Shown piece by piece: positions 33,891 to 34,297 of a stretch of 34,297 nucleotides of DNA. The DNA lies in assembly GCA_029856365.1 (NCBI GenBank), contig JAHQWW010000028.1, positions 1 to 34,297 on the forward strand, written 5' to 3'. How positions within the stretch are numbered: the first letter of the stretch is position 1; the number at the start of each line of letters is the position of its first letter. This DNA comes from Candidatus Hodarchaeota archaeon (GTDB taxonomy: Archaea; Asgardarchaeota; Heimdallarchaeia; Hodarchaeales; Hodarchaeaceae). The notes beneath the pieces are model-generated. The model searched no databases. It was not told where the DNA came from and saw only the letters and a program-made list of their open reading frames with translations. The position numbers and the translations under genes were made by a program.

Positions 33891-34297
33891 TTGAATAAGA
33901 CTAATTACTCACCACCTCCCCCCAATAATCTTCAACCAGAGCAAATTATTCATGCCTACAAACCACCATTTTTTCAAATACTTCGATTTGGATTTCTTGG
34001 GCTATTACTGTTTATTATTGGCCTTCTATTGTTATTTATTGGGTTCAATATAGTATTAAATCCCGATATTAACGCTAATCTCATTAATATGTGTTTAACC
34101 ATTGGGTTGGGGGTCATTCTTATTGTAATATCCTCCAAACTCTTTACAGAATCATTAACCTCTAGAATACTCATTACAGAGGACGAAATTAGGATAAAAA
34201 GATATTTCAGAACAGCAACTGTTCTTTTAGAGAATATTTCAACAATCACAATAGTCTATTCAATTCCCTTTTTCAGAAAACAAAAATATGCAAGATT
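33891..34297 (+). CDS. 3'-truncated two-TM membrane protein with a bacterial-PH-like domain (not in the ORF track)
   Basis: TTG at 33891, just after an in-frame TGA, opens a frame that runs to the window end: MNKTNYSPPPPNNLQPEQIIHAYKPPFFQILRFGFLGLLLFIIGLLLLFIGFNIV...MCLTIGLGVILIVISS...RILITEDEIRIKRYFRTATVLLENISTITIV. Confidence 0.8.
   Translation, partial: MNKTNYSPPPPNNLQPEQIIHAYKPPFFQILRFGFLGLLLFIIGLLLLFIGFNIVLNPDINANLINMCLTIGLGVILIVISSKLFTESLTSRILITEDEIRIKRYFRTATVLLENISTITIVYSIPFFRKQKYAR

Noticed and set aside
33974-34249. Listed 91-aa minus-strand ORF
   Set aside because: It is the antisense shadow of a more convincing + strand membrane protein starting at 33891.

Overview
AT-rich prokaryotic DNA that reads as archaeal, most likely Asgard (Heimdallarchaeia/Hodarchaeales-like). 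That assignment is inferred from GGTGA ribosome-binding sites, Ig-like surface proteins with a Thr-rich linker and GF-TM-basic tail, and longin/roadblock-like cytoplasmic domains. About 60% of the window is one 20.6-kb minus-strand gene (6872 aa) built like a single-pass receptor. From the N-terminus it has a hydrophobic signal, DUF2341, a LamG/ConA lectin-like domain, four VQRG-type beta repeats, two Ig-like domains, about 56 tandem ~95-aa Ig/cadherin-like repeats with DxDxDxE motifs in an ordered subtype pattern, two more Ig-like domains, one TM helix, and a ~260-aa cytoplasmic longin/roadblock-like plus winged-helix-like tail. Other genes: a partial Ig-like surface protein, a YdjM-like membrane hydrolase, a Zn-ribbon/Pro-rich/coiled-coil protein that appears to need an ATT start, a GNAT-like protein, a FAD/Fe-S/CCG (GlcD-GlcF-type) fused oxidoreductase, a cytoplasmic Ca2+-dependent PI-PLC-like protein, a second longin-like protein, small membrane proteins, and a 2-TM PH-like protein missed by the ORF track. 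No rRNA, tRNA, CRISPR array, transposase or reverse transcriptase was recognised. All domain calls are by-eye motif recognition, not database searches.
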